The position numbers and the translations under genes are program-made. Below, piece after piece: positions 5,763-15,532 of a stretch of DNA of 23,231 bases; position 1 is the stretch's first letter, and every line of letters starts with the position of its first letter. This stretch comes from an uncultured archaeon (GTDB lineage Archaea > Asgardarchaeota > Jordiarchaeia > Jordiarchaeales > Jordiarchaeaceae), in assembly GCA_964510585.1 (NCBI GenBank), contig CAZECW010000022.1, positions 1 to 23,231 on the forward strand, given 5' to 3'. The notes beneath the pieces are model-generated. The model made no database searches. It had not been told where the DNA came from and saw nothing but the letters and a program-made list of their open reading frames with translations.

Positions 5763-7356
5763 ATCACTTCTCATAAAGAATGGCTTTGTTTTTGACCCGG
5801 CAAACAAGATAAATGGGGAACGCATGGACCTAGCCATCAAAAAAGGAGTGATAGTTGAATCAGTGAATGAAAATGAAGCCAAAATCATAGACGTTAAGGG
5901 AAAAATGGTTCTCCCCGGCGGAATAGATATTCACACCCACATAGCCTCACAACATGTGAACTTTGCACGTATGCTTTACCCCCCCTCATCCGACGAGTTT
6001 CTTTTAACCGCCCCAAACGTGGGCTTAACATATTCAAGAATGGGCTACACATTCGCCGTCGAAGCCGCAGTTTCACCAACAAAGGCTTTACACACTCACT
6101 TGGAATTCTCAGACATACCCTCACTGGATCACGCCTGCCTATTACTACTAGACGTTTACTGGTACCTATTACCCGCGGTGAGGAAAAAATCCGCAGAGGA
6201 AGCTGCGACCATAATCTCATGGCTACTGGAATCCACCAAAACCTATGGAGTAAAACTGGTAAACCCCACAGGAAGCGAAATGTGGAGCCTCAAAAAGGAA
6301 ATAAAAAACATAGAAGAACCCATAAAGCACCTCGGAGTATCCCCCCTAGACTTTATCAAAATAATAGCAGAGGCAAACGAGCGCTTGGGACTGCCACACC
6401 CCGTCCACATACATCCCAACAATGCGGGAAAACCAGGAAACTACGAAACAACACTAAAAACACTAAAAGCTCTAGAAGAAATAAAATCCAACAAAAAGAA
6501 GAGAACCATACACCTTGCACATGCACAACTACACAGCTACGGAAGAAACGAATCCATCGAGTCCCAGGCAGAACAAATAGCAGAATACATAAACAGCCAC
6601 CCCAACGTAGAAGCAGACATAGGACAAATGGTGCCCCACAAAACAATAAGCCTCTACGCAGACAACCAACTCCTAACCCAAACCAGTAGAGACAAAAAAA
6701 TATTCACTGACCAGGTTGAACTAGAAGCAGTATTTGGAGCCACACCCACCAAATATAAAATGGACAAAACTGGGAGCGTCATGTGGGCCACGGGACTGGA
6801 ACTATCACTCAAAGTAAAGGATCCCTGGCAAATCCAGCTGTCAGTAGACCACCCCAACCTAGGACTAATCACCCACTATCCCCAAATAATAGGATGGCTC
6901 CTAAGCAAAAAAGCCCGAGACCAAGTCAAACTAGAAGCCGACACACCACTACACTCCATCGATCGAGAATACACACTCTACGAAATAGCAATAATAACCC
7001 GCGCCAGCCCCGCACAATCCCTAAACCTACCAAACAAAGGAAACCTATCAGTAGGCTCAGATGCAGACATTGCAATATATGATTTCAACCCCGAAACACA
7101 AGACCCCACACATGAAACAGAGGCTCTAATCAAAGCCTTCTCCCAGACACTCTACACCATAAAAAGTGGAACAATAATAATGAAGCAAGGAGAACCACTA
7201 CTAAAGCAAAAAGGAAAAACCTACTGGGCACACAGAGATGGAATCAGCCTACCCGAAAAAGTAAAAATAGAAATGGAACGCTACTACTCACTGAACATAA
7301 ACAACCTAAAAACACCCAAAGAAATACTTCCAAACCCCCAAGAGATAAAATACTAA
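5755..7356 (+). CDS. fwdA: Formylmethanofuran dehydrogenase subunit A-like amidohydrolase
   Basis: LLIKNGFVFDP, PGGIDIHTH, GVKLVNP, GLPHPVHIHPNN.G.PGN, HLAH, SVDHPN and REYTLYEIAIITRA motifs of FwdA; start ATG 5755 is coupled to the fwdD stop. Confidence 0.85.
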   Translation: MSESLLIKNGFVFDPANKINGERMDLAIKKGVIVESVNENEAKIIDVKGKMVLPGGIDIHTHIASQHVNFARMLYPPSSDEFLLTAPNVGLTYSRMGYTFAVEAAVSPTKALHTHLEFSDIPSLDHACLLLLDVYWYLLPAVRKKSAEEAATIISWLLESTKTYGVKLVNPTGSEMWSLKKEIKNIEEPIKHLGVSPLDFIKIIAEANERLGLPHPVHIHPNNAGKPGNYETTLKTLKALEEIKSNKKKRTIHLAHAQLHSYGRNESIESQAEQIAEYINSHPNVEADIGQMVPHKTISLYADNQLLTQTSRDKKIFTDQVELEAVFGATPTKYKMDKTGSVMWATGLELSLKVKDPWQIQLSVDHPNLGLITHYPQIIGWLLSKKARDQVKLEADTPLHSIDREYTLYEIAIITRASPAQSLNLPNKGNLSVGSDADIAIYDFNPETQDPTHETEALIKAFSQTLYTIKSGTIIMKQGEPLLKQKGKTYWAHRDGISLPEKVKIEMERYYSLNINNLKTPKEILPNPQEIKY

Positions 7357-7780
7357 CAAAAAACATTCACAAAAACCCTCCAAGCAGCACAAAAAGACAC
7401 ACTCCAACCCCAACCCAAAAATTCAAATTCCAATTAGCCCCCTAAACTGATGCCCAAAACTAAGCCCCAGAACACCACACATTAACCCTTCGACCCCTAC
7501 CTAATAAAGACGCCCGCCCCTTTACATCCTGAAACTTCCCACTTTCACTTTTAACGCTTCCATCAAACCTACAACAAAAACACAGCTCAACATATAACAT
7601 AATTACCCCCAGCTCAAAACCACACTTCAACAAAATGTGCTATTCAGCACACTCCCCATTTTTTTACTGCTATCAGCCATACAAAAGTTTAAAAAAATTT
7701 TAAAAAGGAATTGGAATCTCTGTAATGAAAAAATCAAACTAACTCCCCGGAAAACTCCTAAAATATGAGGTGAATTATTA

Positions 7781-9304
7781 ATGCAAACTTATCCCTGGTG
7801 GACCAAAGAGCAAATAGAATTCGCCAAAGAAATAGAGCAATTCGCTACCGAAAACATACCCCGAGCTGAAGAATTATTCTGGACCAGAACCTTCCCCATG
7901 GAATTAGTAGAAAAGGCAGTAAAAAGAGGATACTTCGGAGCAGGAATTCCCAAAGAATACGGCGGCCTAGGCCTAGGCTGCACAGGAGCGTGCATAGCCT
8001 GCGAACAGCTAAACCGCATGTATGCCGTAGGCCACATACTAGTAACCAGCTACATAGGTGGACTACACCAAATCCTACACAATGGCACCGAAGAACAAAA
8101 GCAAGAATGGCTAACCAAAATGGCCAAAGGACAACTAGGAGCAGTATGCATAACCGAAATCTTCGCAGGATCAGATGCAGCCTCAGTAATGACCACCGCC
8201 GAAAAAGATGGAGACGAATGGATAATTAACGGCAAAAAAAGATTCACAACCACCGCAGGACCCGCAGAAAGATACCTCGTATACGCAAAAACAAGCGACG
8301 ACCCAGAAGCCCGAAGAAAAAACCAACACCTCACAACCTTCGTGGTGGAAAAAGGAACTCCCGGATTCCACCTAGAAAAAGTAAACCCCCTCGTTGCATT
8401 CGACAACCTCCCCAACAGCTACCTAGACTTTGACAACGTCAGAGTACCAGACTTCAACAGAATAGGACCAGTAGGCGGCGGCTGGAACATAATGATGACT
8501 GGACTCAATTTCGAGAGGTTGATTGGTGCTGCTGCGGCTGCTGGTGCTTTGGAGGATGTTATTAAGCAGGTGATTTATTATACAAGTAGACGTGTACAGT
8601 TTAGATCGCAAATCAGTGATTTTCAGCATAACCAGTTCAAGATTGCGGATATGATTACCAAGCAGCAGGTTGCCCGCCTCGTTACCTTCTATGCGGCTTA
8701 TATTATGGATATGGGTCAGATGGCGGCTATAGAGTCCGGCATTGCTAAAATGTTGAATACTGATTACGCCACCGAGATTGGCCTTGACGCCATACAATTG
8801 ATGGGTGGCGATGGTTTGACCCGCTTCTATCCCGTAGAGAGGCTGCTTCGTGAGGGTAAGATTGGCCAGATTGTGGCTGGTACTAATGAGGTTCAGAAAA
8901 TGGTCATCTACAGGATGGGCGCATTGGGCTATTTGGATTGGCCTTACAGGCTGCGGTGGAACGAAAAACTGGAGACTCCCACGTTATCTCTTGGAAAGGG
9001 ACCTTGGTACGGGAAGGAGATAACTGAGGATGTTATGCTTAAGATTTTGGCAGAGGACTACAGGTGCAACCCCGGACTCTACATGGCTATAGATGATTGT
9101 GAGAAGGAGACTGGTCTCTCAAAGGAGAAGATATTGGAGCTTTGGGCTAAGCTGGAGCAGAAGGGCTTGATAGTCACATTCAAGGACAGACGTGGGAATG
9201 TGATAATGGCTAAAGCGAACTATGTGGGTATAAGGAAAGCCTACCCCCTGGAGCACTACAAGTGGTTCCCAGACTGGTTTGACGTGGAAAAATTAGGCTT
9301 CTAG
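7781..9304 (+). CDS. Acyl-CoA dehydrogenase with a C-terminal extension of about 125 aa
   Basis: CITEIFAGSD, WIINGKKRFTT, RVQFRSQISDFQ, IQLMGGDG and GTNEVQK motifs; SD GAGGTGA at 7767-7773. Confidence 0.9.
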   Translation: MQTYPWWTKEQIEFAKEIEQFATENIPRAEELFWTRTFPMELVEKAVKRGYFGAGIPKEYGGLGLGCTGACIACEQLNRMYAVGHILVTSYIGGLHQILHNGTEEQKQEWLTKMAKGQLGAVCITEIFAGSDAASVMTTAEKDGDEWIINGKKRFTTTAGPAERYLVYAKTSDDPEARRKNQHLTTFVVEKGTPGFHLEKVNPLVAFDNLPNSYLDFDNVRVPDFNRIGPVGGGWNIMMTGLNFERLIGAAAAAGALEDVIKQVIYYTSRRVQFRSQISDFQHNQFKIADMITKQQVARLVTFYAAYIMDMGQMAAIESGIAKMLNTDYATEIGLDAIQLMGGDGLTRFYPVERLLREGKIGQIVAGTNEVQKMVIYRMGALGYLDWPYRLRWNEKLETPTLSLGKGPWYGKEITEDVMLKILAEDYRCNPGLYMAIDDCEKETGLSKEKILELWAKLEQKGLIVTFKDRRGNVIMAKANYVGIRKAYPLEHYKWFPDWFDVEKLGF

Positions 9305-9508
9305 AAAAATAAAGGCGTCAAACTATTTTTATTTTTTTAATTTGGCTCTTTTTTGCTCCGTTCCATAGTTTTACTTTTTCCGAAGTATTCGTGTAGTGTT
9401 TTGAATATTTTAATTTTGAGTTCATCGTGCAAAATTTACAAAACATCTATGATAAAAGTGGGAAAATAAATTGTGTGATGATGCGCTCTTGCGAGTTTAT
9501 TTTTTTGT

Positions 9509-10936
9509 TTAGAGCCATCCTTCTTGCGTGTATTTTACGAGTTTGGAGTTGGCTTTTTTCCAATCTTCGCTTGCTGATTCAAAAATTCTTTTGGCTCTAA
9601 TGTTGGCTTCCTCTAAGATGTCTTGTTCATTAATGTTGACAAATTTACCTTCATAAAGTATTACTTTGCCATTTATTATTACATTGTCTACTTCTGTCCC
9701 GTTCGTGGAATAGACGAGGTTGGGAATAAAGTTTCTGAAGGGACGGGAAACAGTGGGCGTGAGATGTGGGTGTCTGAGGTTGAGGGTTATTACGTCTGCT
9801 TGTTTTCCCACTTCAAGGCTGCCCACCTTGTCATCTATTCCAAGAATTTTTGCTCCTCCAATGGTGGCCAGTTGGAGGGTCTTCCATGCGGGGAGCCTAG
9901 TGGGATCCTTGTGTAGTGTTTTGGTTAGGAGGCTTGCAGTTCTCATTTCTCGGAAGAGATTGTGGCTTCCGGGACCTGGGGCTTGGTCGGTTCCCAGTCC
10001 GGCGCTTCCTCCCAACTCTACATAGTGGCCTACCGGGGGGACTATTCCGTCAATCATTCCTATGGCGCTGGGGCAGACAACCATTTTCACCCCTTCCCTA
10101 ACCATTAATTCCCTTTCTATCTCATTCGTGTCGTGGCAGTGGGCGGCTAAAAGAAAGGGTCCCAATAATCCGTTTTTGTGGAGCACTTTTACCGTGGAAG
10201 CATTCTTTCCGTATCTGCCAGTTATTTGGAGTCTTTCTCTTTGTCCCTGGGCTACATGCATGTGTATTCCTGCGTTTTGCTCAACGGCTTGTTCCTTAAT
10301 GGTTTTAAGTAAGTCAAGGGATACCATGTCTAGTGCTTGGGGTCCATACATACAGGTTACCAATTCTTCTGAGCTGAATTTTCGAAAGAGTTCTTGGGCC
10401 CTTTTAAGCTCGTTTTCTCCCTTGGAAGGGTCAAATTCGTAGAGGTCTGTTGGTTTCAGATGAATTCTACTGTAGCCTACCTCGTTTATCATTTCGGTGG
10501 CGACCACTCTCACTTGCCAAGGTAGATAAACTTTCTCTAAAATGTCTGCTGCGTTTATGGTGTACTCCGCAAAGGTGGTTGTTCCGGTTCGCAGTCCCTC
10601 TAAGACTCCCAACTTTGACCCCCATATGAGGTCTTCCAGATTCATGTGCATAGCCAGTGGCAGTATACCCTTGTTCATCCATTCAATTTCCGGTAAGTCC
10701 TGTGCGCCGCCTCGAAGCAAGGTTAAAGGGGTATGGATATGTCCATTAATTAAGCCTGGCATCGTTACATGATTTGTGCCGTCAATTATTCTATCTGCTT
10801 CTTTGTAATTGAAGCCGTTGGTAGAACCTACGTAGGTTATTTTTCCATCCTCAATTCCCAATGAGCCATCTTGAATTATTCGCAGATTGTCTCCTTGGAA
10901 TGTGACTAGCCAAGTATTTATTATTGCAATATCCAT
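9509..10936 (-). CDS. Metal-dependent amidohydrolase (MTA/SAH-deaminase, TRZ/ATZ-like family)
   Basis: MPGLINGHIHT, HMHVAQG, AAHC, GLGTDQ and GSLEVGKQADVI motifs. Confidence 0.85.
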   Translation of the reverse strand: MDIAIINTWLVTFQGDNLRIIQDGSLGIEDGKITYVGSTNGFNYKEADRIIDGTNHVTMPGLINGHIHTPLTLLRGGAQDLPEIEWMNKGILPLAMHMNLEDLIWGSKLGVLEGLRTGTTTFAEYTINAADILEKVYLPWQVRVVATEMINEVGYSRIHLKPTDLYEFDPSKGENELKRAQELFRKFSSEELVTCMYGPQALDMVSLDLLKTIKEQAVEQNAGIHMHVAQGQRERLQITGRYGKNASTVKVLHKNGLLGPFLLAAHCHDTNEIERELMVREGVKMVVCPSAIGMIDGIVPPVGHYVELGGSAGLGTDQAPGPGSHNLFREMRTASLLTKTLHKDPTRLPAWKTLQLATIGGAKILGIDDKVGSLEVGKQADVITLNLRHPHLTPTVSRPFRNFIPNLVYSTNGTEVDNVIINGKVILYEGKFVNINEQDILEEANIRAKRIFESASEDWKKANSKLVKYTQEGWL

Positions 10937-11067
10937 ATTTTTGTCACTCCAATGTGATTTCTAGCAATGGGGTACGAATTGAAAACAATTCCACTTGAAA
11001 ATCCTTTTTGGAGGCGGTAAAATGTTTGAAAAGGTTAATGCTTATTTGTTCATTATTTTGAGGCTTT

Positions 11068-11598
11068 TTAAATTTCCCCTTTTACTTTGCTCACCGAAAA
11101 AACGTCCCCAGATTTTAGTAGGGATATTCCCGCCTTTTTTCCTATGATTTCTATTTGTATAATTTTCTGGGGATTCTTTAAATCCACCTTACCCCAGCCA
11201 ATATTTTTTGCTAAGAATTCTATGATTTCCTGGGTGTGATACTGGTCGTAGAATCTTTTATTCACCGTCATTCTCCAAGTCTCATTTTCCCCTATTCCCT
11301 CAGCAAGTTTTTTCACATGTTCCTGCATTTCTTCAAGGTCGGATGAACACCAAACATCGATTGGAATATAATTGTAGGTGAACCAGAAGTGTTCCGGTTC
11401 CTCCCTACACAGTTGTGCAAGCTTTCTATTTATTTCTCTGGGGTCTGAAGAGGTAATAATTAGAAAAATTCCCCTAGCTGGTGACCTTAAAAGTTTCGGC
11501 TGGGTCTCGCCCACTTTTTCTAACACCCACAAAACCTCCTGTTCGGACTCTTTTATGTTCCGCATATCATAAGTGACAAGAAGATTTGGATTCTCCAT
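11068..11598 (-). CDS. THUMP-domain RNA-binding/tRNA-modification accessory protein
   Basis: IPID, TWRMTVNKR and VDLKNPQKIIQIEIIG form the THUMP signature; SD GGAGGA upstream. Confidence 0.8.
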   Translation of the reverse strand: MENPNLLVTYDMRNIKESEQEVLWVLEKVGETQPKLLRSPARGIFLIITSSDPREINRKLAQLCREEPEHFWFTYNYIPIDVWCSSDLEEMQEHVKKLAEGIGENETWRMTVNKRFYDQYHTQEIIEFLAKNIGWGKVDLKNPQKIIQIEIIGKKAGISLLKSGDVFSVSKVKGEI

Positions 11599-11834
11599 TC
11601 ATGATCCTCCCTATAAAACGTTTCACTAATCCTAAAACTTTTAACCATTAATAATTATACACCTTAAACCTTTAAATCAAACCTTTAATTATCTATCGAA
11701 AACAAAAGCTTTCAAAACAAGTATGTACCAGTAAATCGGACATCAAAAATTAAAATACCATAAAAGTTTATTTATCACCTTGCACGTAGGAAATTAAAAA
11801 TAAAATTAGTTTGAACAGATTAGAGGGACTCATT

Positions 11835-12479
11835 ATGAGTGACATTTATCAAGAACTTCGGGAAGCGGTCACAAAAATTGACACCGATAAATTGGGCGAA
11901 CTCAAGGAGAAAGTTCTGAAAACCCCCAACATTGATGTTGATAAACTCGTTGAAAGTATCAGAAGCGGTTTAGAAGAAGTGGGAGCGAAGTTTGAATCTG
12001 GGGAGTACTACTTGGCGGAGCTCATTCTCATAGGCACAGAAGTATCTGAAGCTGTGCAAAAATGGAAACCTCTATTTGAAAAAAGGGAAACAAGTAAAAA
12101 AATGAAAAAGGCGGTTATTGGCACAGTAGAAGGAGACATACACGACATTGGTAAAAACATTGTGGGCATGATGCTGGCGTCCAGCGGCTTCGAGGTGGTT
12201 GATCTGGGTAACGATGTTACCCCAGAAAATTTTGTCCAAGCAGTTAAGGAAAACAAGCCGGCAATAGTAGGTATGTCCGCCCTCCTAAGCACAACACGAG
12301 ACAACATAAAGAGAACTATAGACGCCCTGAAAGAAAACAAATTACGAGAAAACGTGAAGATAATAGTGGGTGGAGCTGCCGTGGACGAAGACTTCGCAAA
12401 GGCTGCGGGGGCAGATGGTTTTGCAACCAATGCTGCTGATGCGGTTCCACTGGTTGAAGACCTTTTAGGAGGCATATAA
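11835..12479 (+). CDS. Corrinoid (cobalamin-binding) methyl-carrier protein, MtaC/MttC family
   Basis: B12-binding cap (GLEEVGAKFESGEYYLAEL), DIHDIGKNIV (DxHxxG), GMSALL and IIVGGA motifs; start taken at ATG 11835. Confidence 0.9.
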   Translation: MSDIYQELREAVTKIDTDKLGELKEKVLKTPNIDVDKLVESIRSGLEEVGAKFESGEYYLAELILIGTEVSEAVQKWKPLFEKRETSKKMKKAVIGTVEGDIHDIGKNIVGMMLASSGFEVVDLGNDVTPENFVQAVKENKPAIVGMSALLSTTRDNIKRTIDALKENKLRENVKIIVGGAAVDEDFAKAAGADGFATNAADAVPLVEDLLGGI

Positions 12480-12480
12480 T

Positions 12481-13653
12481 TTGGCAAATCTTTCACCTCG
12501 AGAAAGAGTAGAGATGGTTGTAAACCACGAGGAGCCTGACCGGGTGCCGGTAGATTTTGGTGGGATGAACACCTCAATCTATGAAATGCCCGAGTGGTGG
12601 CCTAAAAAGGCTCCCTACTTTGGATATAAGGCCCTAGTTGACTATCTTGGCCTTAAGGATGTGCCTAAACCCTACTTGAATTCTGGAAATTGTGTAATAA
12701 ATGTGGATGAGAGGATACTTAATAGGTACGGGGTAGATTTCCAGTACCTTTACATGTCTATACCCAAACCTAAGATGCACCCTGATGGAACTATTGAAAC
12801 CATCTATGGTTTGAAAGTTAAACCAGTAGGTTACTACTTGGAGGTTTACGATCCTCCTCTCGCGGGAAAAATCACCACCAAAGACATAGACAACTTTAAA
12901 TGGCCTGACCCAGAGGATCCCGTGTTTTCAAACAAGGCCAAGGAACGTGTGCTTAGGATGAGAAAGAATAGCGATAGAGTAATTGTTGCCCTAGCCTCAT
13001 TTGCTGAACAAATATTTCAAAACTATGCTTGGATTCGTGGGTTTACCCAGATGATGCTTGATATGCAGAGAGAACCAGAACTCTTCCACTATCTAACTGA
13101 CACCCTGCTTACAGTAGAGGAGGGAATAATAGAAGCTTTCTACACTGAGGTGGGTGAACACATAGACTTCGCATACATTGCTGAAGATATGGGCACCCAA
13201 CAGGCGCCATTCGTCTCACCAAAACAGTACGAAAAGTTCTGGAAACCATACCACAAAAGAATGATAAAACACATCAAACAGTTCACAGACGCAAGAATAA
13301 TGTGGCACTGCTGCGGAGCAGTTGCACCACTAATTCCCCACCTAATAGACCTCGGTGTAGACATACTTCAGGTTATCCAGCCTCTAGCTAAAGGAATGGA
13401 TCCAGAATCCCTCAAAAAGTCTTTTGGACACAAGCTAACTTTCGATGGAGGCATAGATGTACAAAGACTTCTACCAAAAGCTAGTCCTGAAGAGATTAAA
13501 GCAGAATGCAAAAGAGTAATTGAAATTCTAGGCAGAGGCGGCGGATACGTTTTTGCACCAGCACACAACATTCAGCCAGACACCCCACCCCAGAACGTGG
13601 TAGCCATGCTCGAAGCAGGAATCGAATACGGCAAATATCCCCTAGGAAAATAA
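12481..13653 (+). CDS. Uroporphyrinogen decarboxylase / MtaA-CmuA family methyltransferase-like protein
   Basis: PRERV....EEPDRVP N-terminus, EDMGTQ..PFVSP, WHCCG, FDGGIDVQ and GGGYVFAPAHNIQPDTP; TTG start after GGAGG. Confidence 0.85.
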   Translation: MANLSPRERVEMVVNHEEPDRVPVDFGGMNTSIYEMPEWWPKKAPYFGYKALVDYLGLKDVPKPYLNSGNCVINVDERILNRYGVDFQYLYMSIPKPKMHPDGTIETIYGLKVKPVGYYLEVYDPPLAGKITTKDIDNFKWPDPEDPVFSNKAKERVLRMRKNSDRVIVALASFAEQIFQNYAWIRGFTQMMLDMQREPELFHYLTDTLLTVEEGIIEAFYTEVGEHIDFAYIAEDMGTQQAPFVSPKQYEKFWKPYHKRMIKHIKQFTDARIMWHCCGAVAPLIPHLIDLGVDILQVIQPLAKGMDPESLKKSFGHKLTFDGGIDVQRLLPKASPEEIKAECKRVIEILGRGGGYVFAPAHNIQPDTPPQNVVAMLEAGIEYGKYPLGK

Positions 13654-13792
13654 CTCATCTTCTCTCATCTTAACCAAAACAAAATAAATAAAAGATAAGC
13701 GTAAAAAGGTTTGAAGAGTCAGATAGAGACAAGCTTGTTAGAATAAGATTTGGAACTAACAATAGAATTATTGGGAAAAGTTTTGAAAATCG

Positions 13793-14446
13793 TTGGTGAG
13801 AACCACGTCATCCAAAGAAGAGCTATTGAAGAAGATAGCTGATGCTGTCGTAAATCTGAATGTTGAAGAAGCTAAAAAGAATGCAGAAGAGGCATTAAAG
13901 TCAGGAATTTCCCCACTTGAAGCCATAAATGAAGGGTTTGTCAAGGGGCTTCGAAGGGTTGGAGAACTCTTTGAAAATAAGGAGTATTTCCTCGCAGACA
14001 TGATTATGGCTGCTGAAGCCTTTAAGGCAGGTATGGAGGTTTTAACGCCTCACATTAAAAAACATGGAAAGAAGAGGGGTGTAATAGTAATTGGGACGGT
14101 TAAGGACGATATACACGACCTTGGCAAGAATATCGTAACAACCCTACTTGCCTCCGAGGGTTACGAAGTTCACGACCTGGGCATAGACGTCTCCGCGGAA
14201 GAGTTTGTAAAGAAAGCCCAGATAGTTAAAGCGGATATAGTTGGCCTTAGTGCGTTGTTGACGACGACCATGGAGCGCATACCTGAGGTGATCGAAGCCT
14301 TAAAGGAAGCGGGGCTAGATAAAGTTAAAGTAATTGTGGGCGGTAGACCTGTTACCCCAGAGTTCGCTAGGGAGGTTGGTGCAGACGCCTACTGTGAAGA
14401 CGCTATAAAGGCATTAGATGTTGTTAAAAGACTTTTGGAGGGCTAG
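13793..14446 (+). CDS. Second corrinoid methyl-carrier protein, MtaC/MttC family
   Basis: GLRRVGELFENKEYFLADM, DDIHDLGKNIV, GLSALLTTT and VIVGGRP motifs; start TTG 13793 or GTG 13796. Confidence 0.9.
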   Translation: MVRTTSSKEELLKKIADAVVNLNVEEAKKNAEEALKSGISPLEAINEGFVKGLRRVGELFENKEYFLADMIMAAEAFKAGMEVLTPHIKKHGKKRGVIVIGTVKDDIHDLGKNIVTTLLASEGYEVHDLGIDVSAEEFVKKAQIVKADIVGLSALLTTTMERIPEVIEALKEAGLDKVKVIVGGRPVTPEFAREVGADAYCEDAIKALDVVKRLLEG

Positions 14447-14450
14447 AAGC

Positions 14451-15491
14451 GTGTCGTCGGTTTTAGAACGTGTTCTTGTAACTTTAAGCTTCAAGGAACC
14501 TGAGTGGGTTCCTGTAATTCTCTTTCCCGAGTGGGATTTTCTAGCTGATCTTTATGGTGTGCCTTTAAAGAAGCTTCTTGAGGATCCAATGTTACAAATT
14601 GATGCCGGTGAAAAAATGAGGCAGCGCTTCCCTGAAGCATTTATAGCGACATCAGTATGGGTTCCTTACGCTCATGCTTCAGGCTTCGGATGCCAGCTAT
14701 CTGAACCTGAAGACGAAATTCCGGGTGTCAAAAAGGTTGCTGTAATTACTCCCGAAGATATTGACTCTTTGGAAATTCCCGACCCTCAGAGCGATGGTCT
14801 AATGCCCAAATACTTAGAGTATCTTAAGATTCAGCAGAAAGTTAAGGGGAGCTCTGGAATCGGAGACTTTGGTCCGGTGGAGCTTGCCTGTGAAATTATG
14901 GGTTATACCAATTTCCTTAAACTCATTTCCCAGAATCCCAAATACGCCCACAAACTGCTGGAAATTACCGTGAAGTCTTGTACAAACTGGTTCAATACCC
15001 TCATTGATGTTATTGGTGGCTCCGCCCTCTTTGTATTGGTGAGTGATCACACAACGGGTTTTCTGAGAGCCAAGCAGTGCCAAGAATTCTTCACACCATA
15101 CCTGAAAAAGTTTCTAGACAATATTAGAAGTAAAGTAAGCATTATCCTATACCACAATGAAAACTATGCGGCACATGTTCTAGATCAAATAGAACAGATG
15201 AAAATAAACATTTTCCACTGTGGTGAAATAGGAGACCTAGAAACAGCAAAGAAAAAAACATATGGAAAGTACACCCTAATGGGCAACATCCACCCCCGAG
15301 ACGTAATGCTCAGAGGAACGCCCCAGCTGGTTGAAGAGACCTGCAAAGAGGTAATCCAGAAACTGGGACCAGGAGGCGGATTCATACTCTCCACTGGAGG
15401 AGGTGTAAGCAGAAATATTCCTCTCCACCATGTGGATCTCCTTGTAGAATGTGCAAAAAAGTACGGGAAATCTCCAATAAAGACAGCGTAG
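14451..15491 (+). CDS. Second UroD / MtaA-family protein
   Basis: ERV....FKEPEWVPV, DGLMP..LE, LMGNIHP...LRGTP..V and GPGGGFILST motifs; GTG 14451 follows GGAGGG. Confidence 0.8.
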   Translation: MSSVLERVLVTLSFKEPEWVPVILFPEWDFLADLYGVPLKKLLEDPMLQIDAGEKMRQRFPEAFIATSVWVPYAHASGFGCQLSEPEDEIPGVKKVAVITPEDIDSLEIPDPQSDGLMPKYLEYLKIQQKVKGSSGIGDFGPVELACEIMGYTNFLKLISQNPKYAHKLLEITVKSCTNWFNTLIDVIGGSALFVLVSDHTTGFLRAKQCQEFFTPYLKKFLDNIRSKVSIILYHNENYAAHVLDQIEQMKINIFHCGEIGDLETAKKKTYGKYTLMGNIHPRDVMLRGTPQLVEETCKEVIQKLGPGGGFILSTGGGVSRNIPLHHVDLLVECAKKYGKSPIKTA

Positions 15492-15532
15492 AAATTAACT
15501 GAAAAACAGAAAAAGGCAGCATTATTTTTTGG

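Noticed and set aside
7357-7780. 424-bp A/C-rich spacer with short CCAACC repeats
   Set aside because: It has no ORF, CRISPR-like repeat-spacer pattern or stable structure. The composition is explained by the local A/C skew domain.
12570-12640. MPEWWPKKAPYFG insertion in the first UroD-like protein as a hidden intron
   Set aside because: There is a small GCCT/AGGC hairpin, but no 4-bp exon/intron central helix in the correct register.
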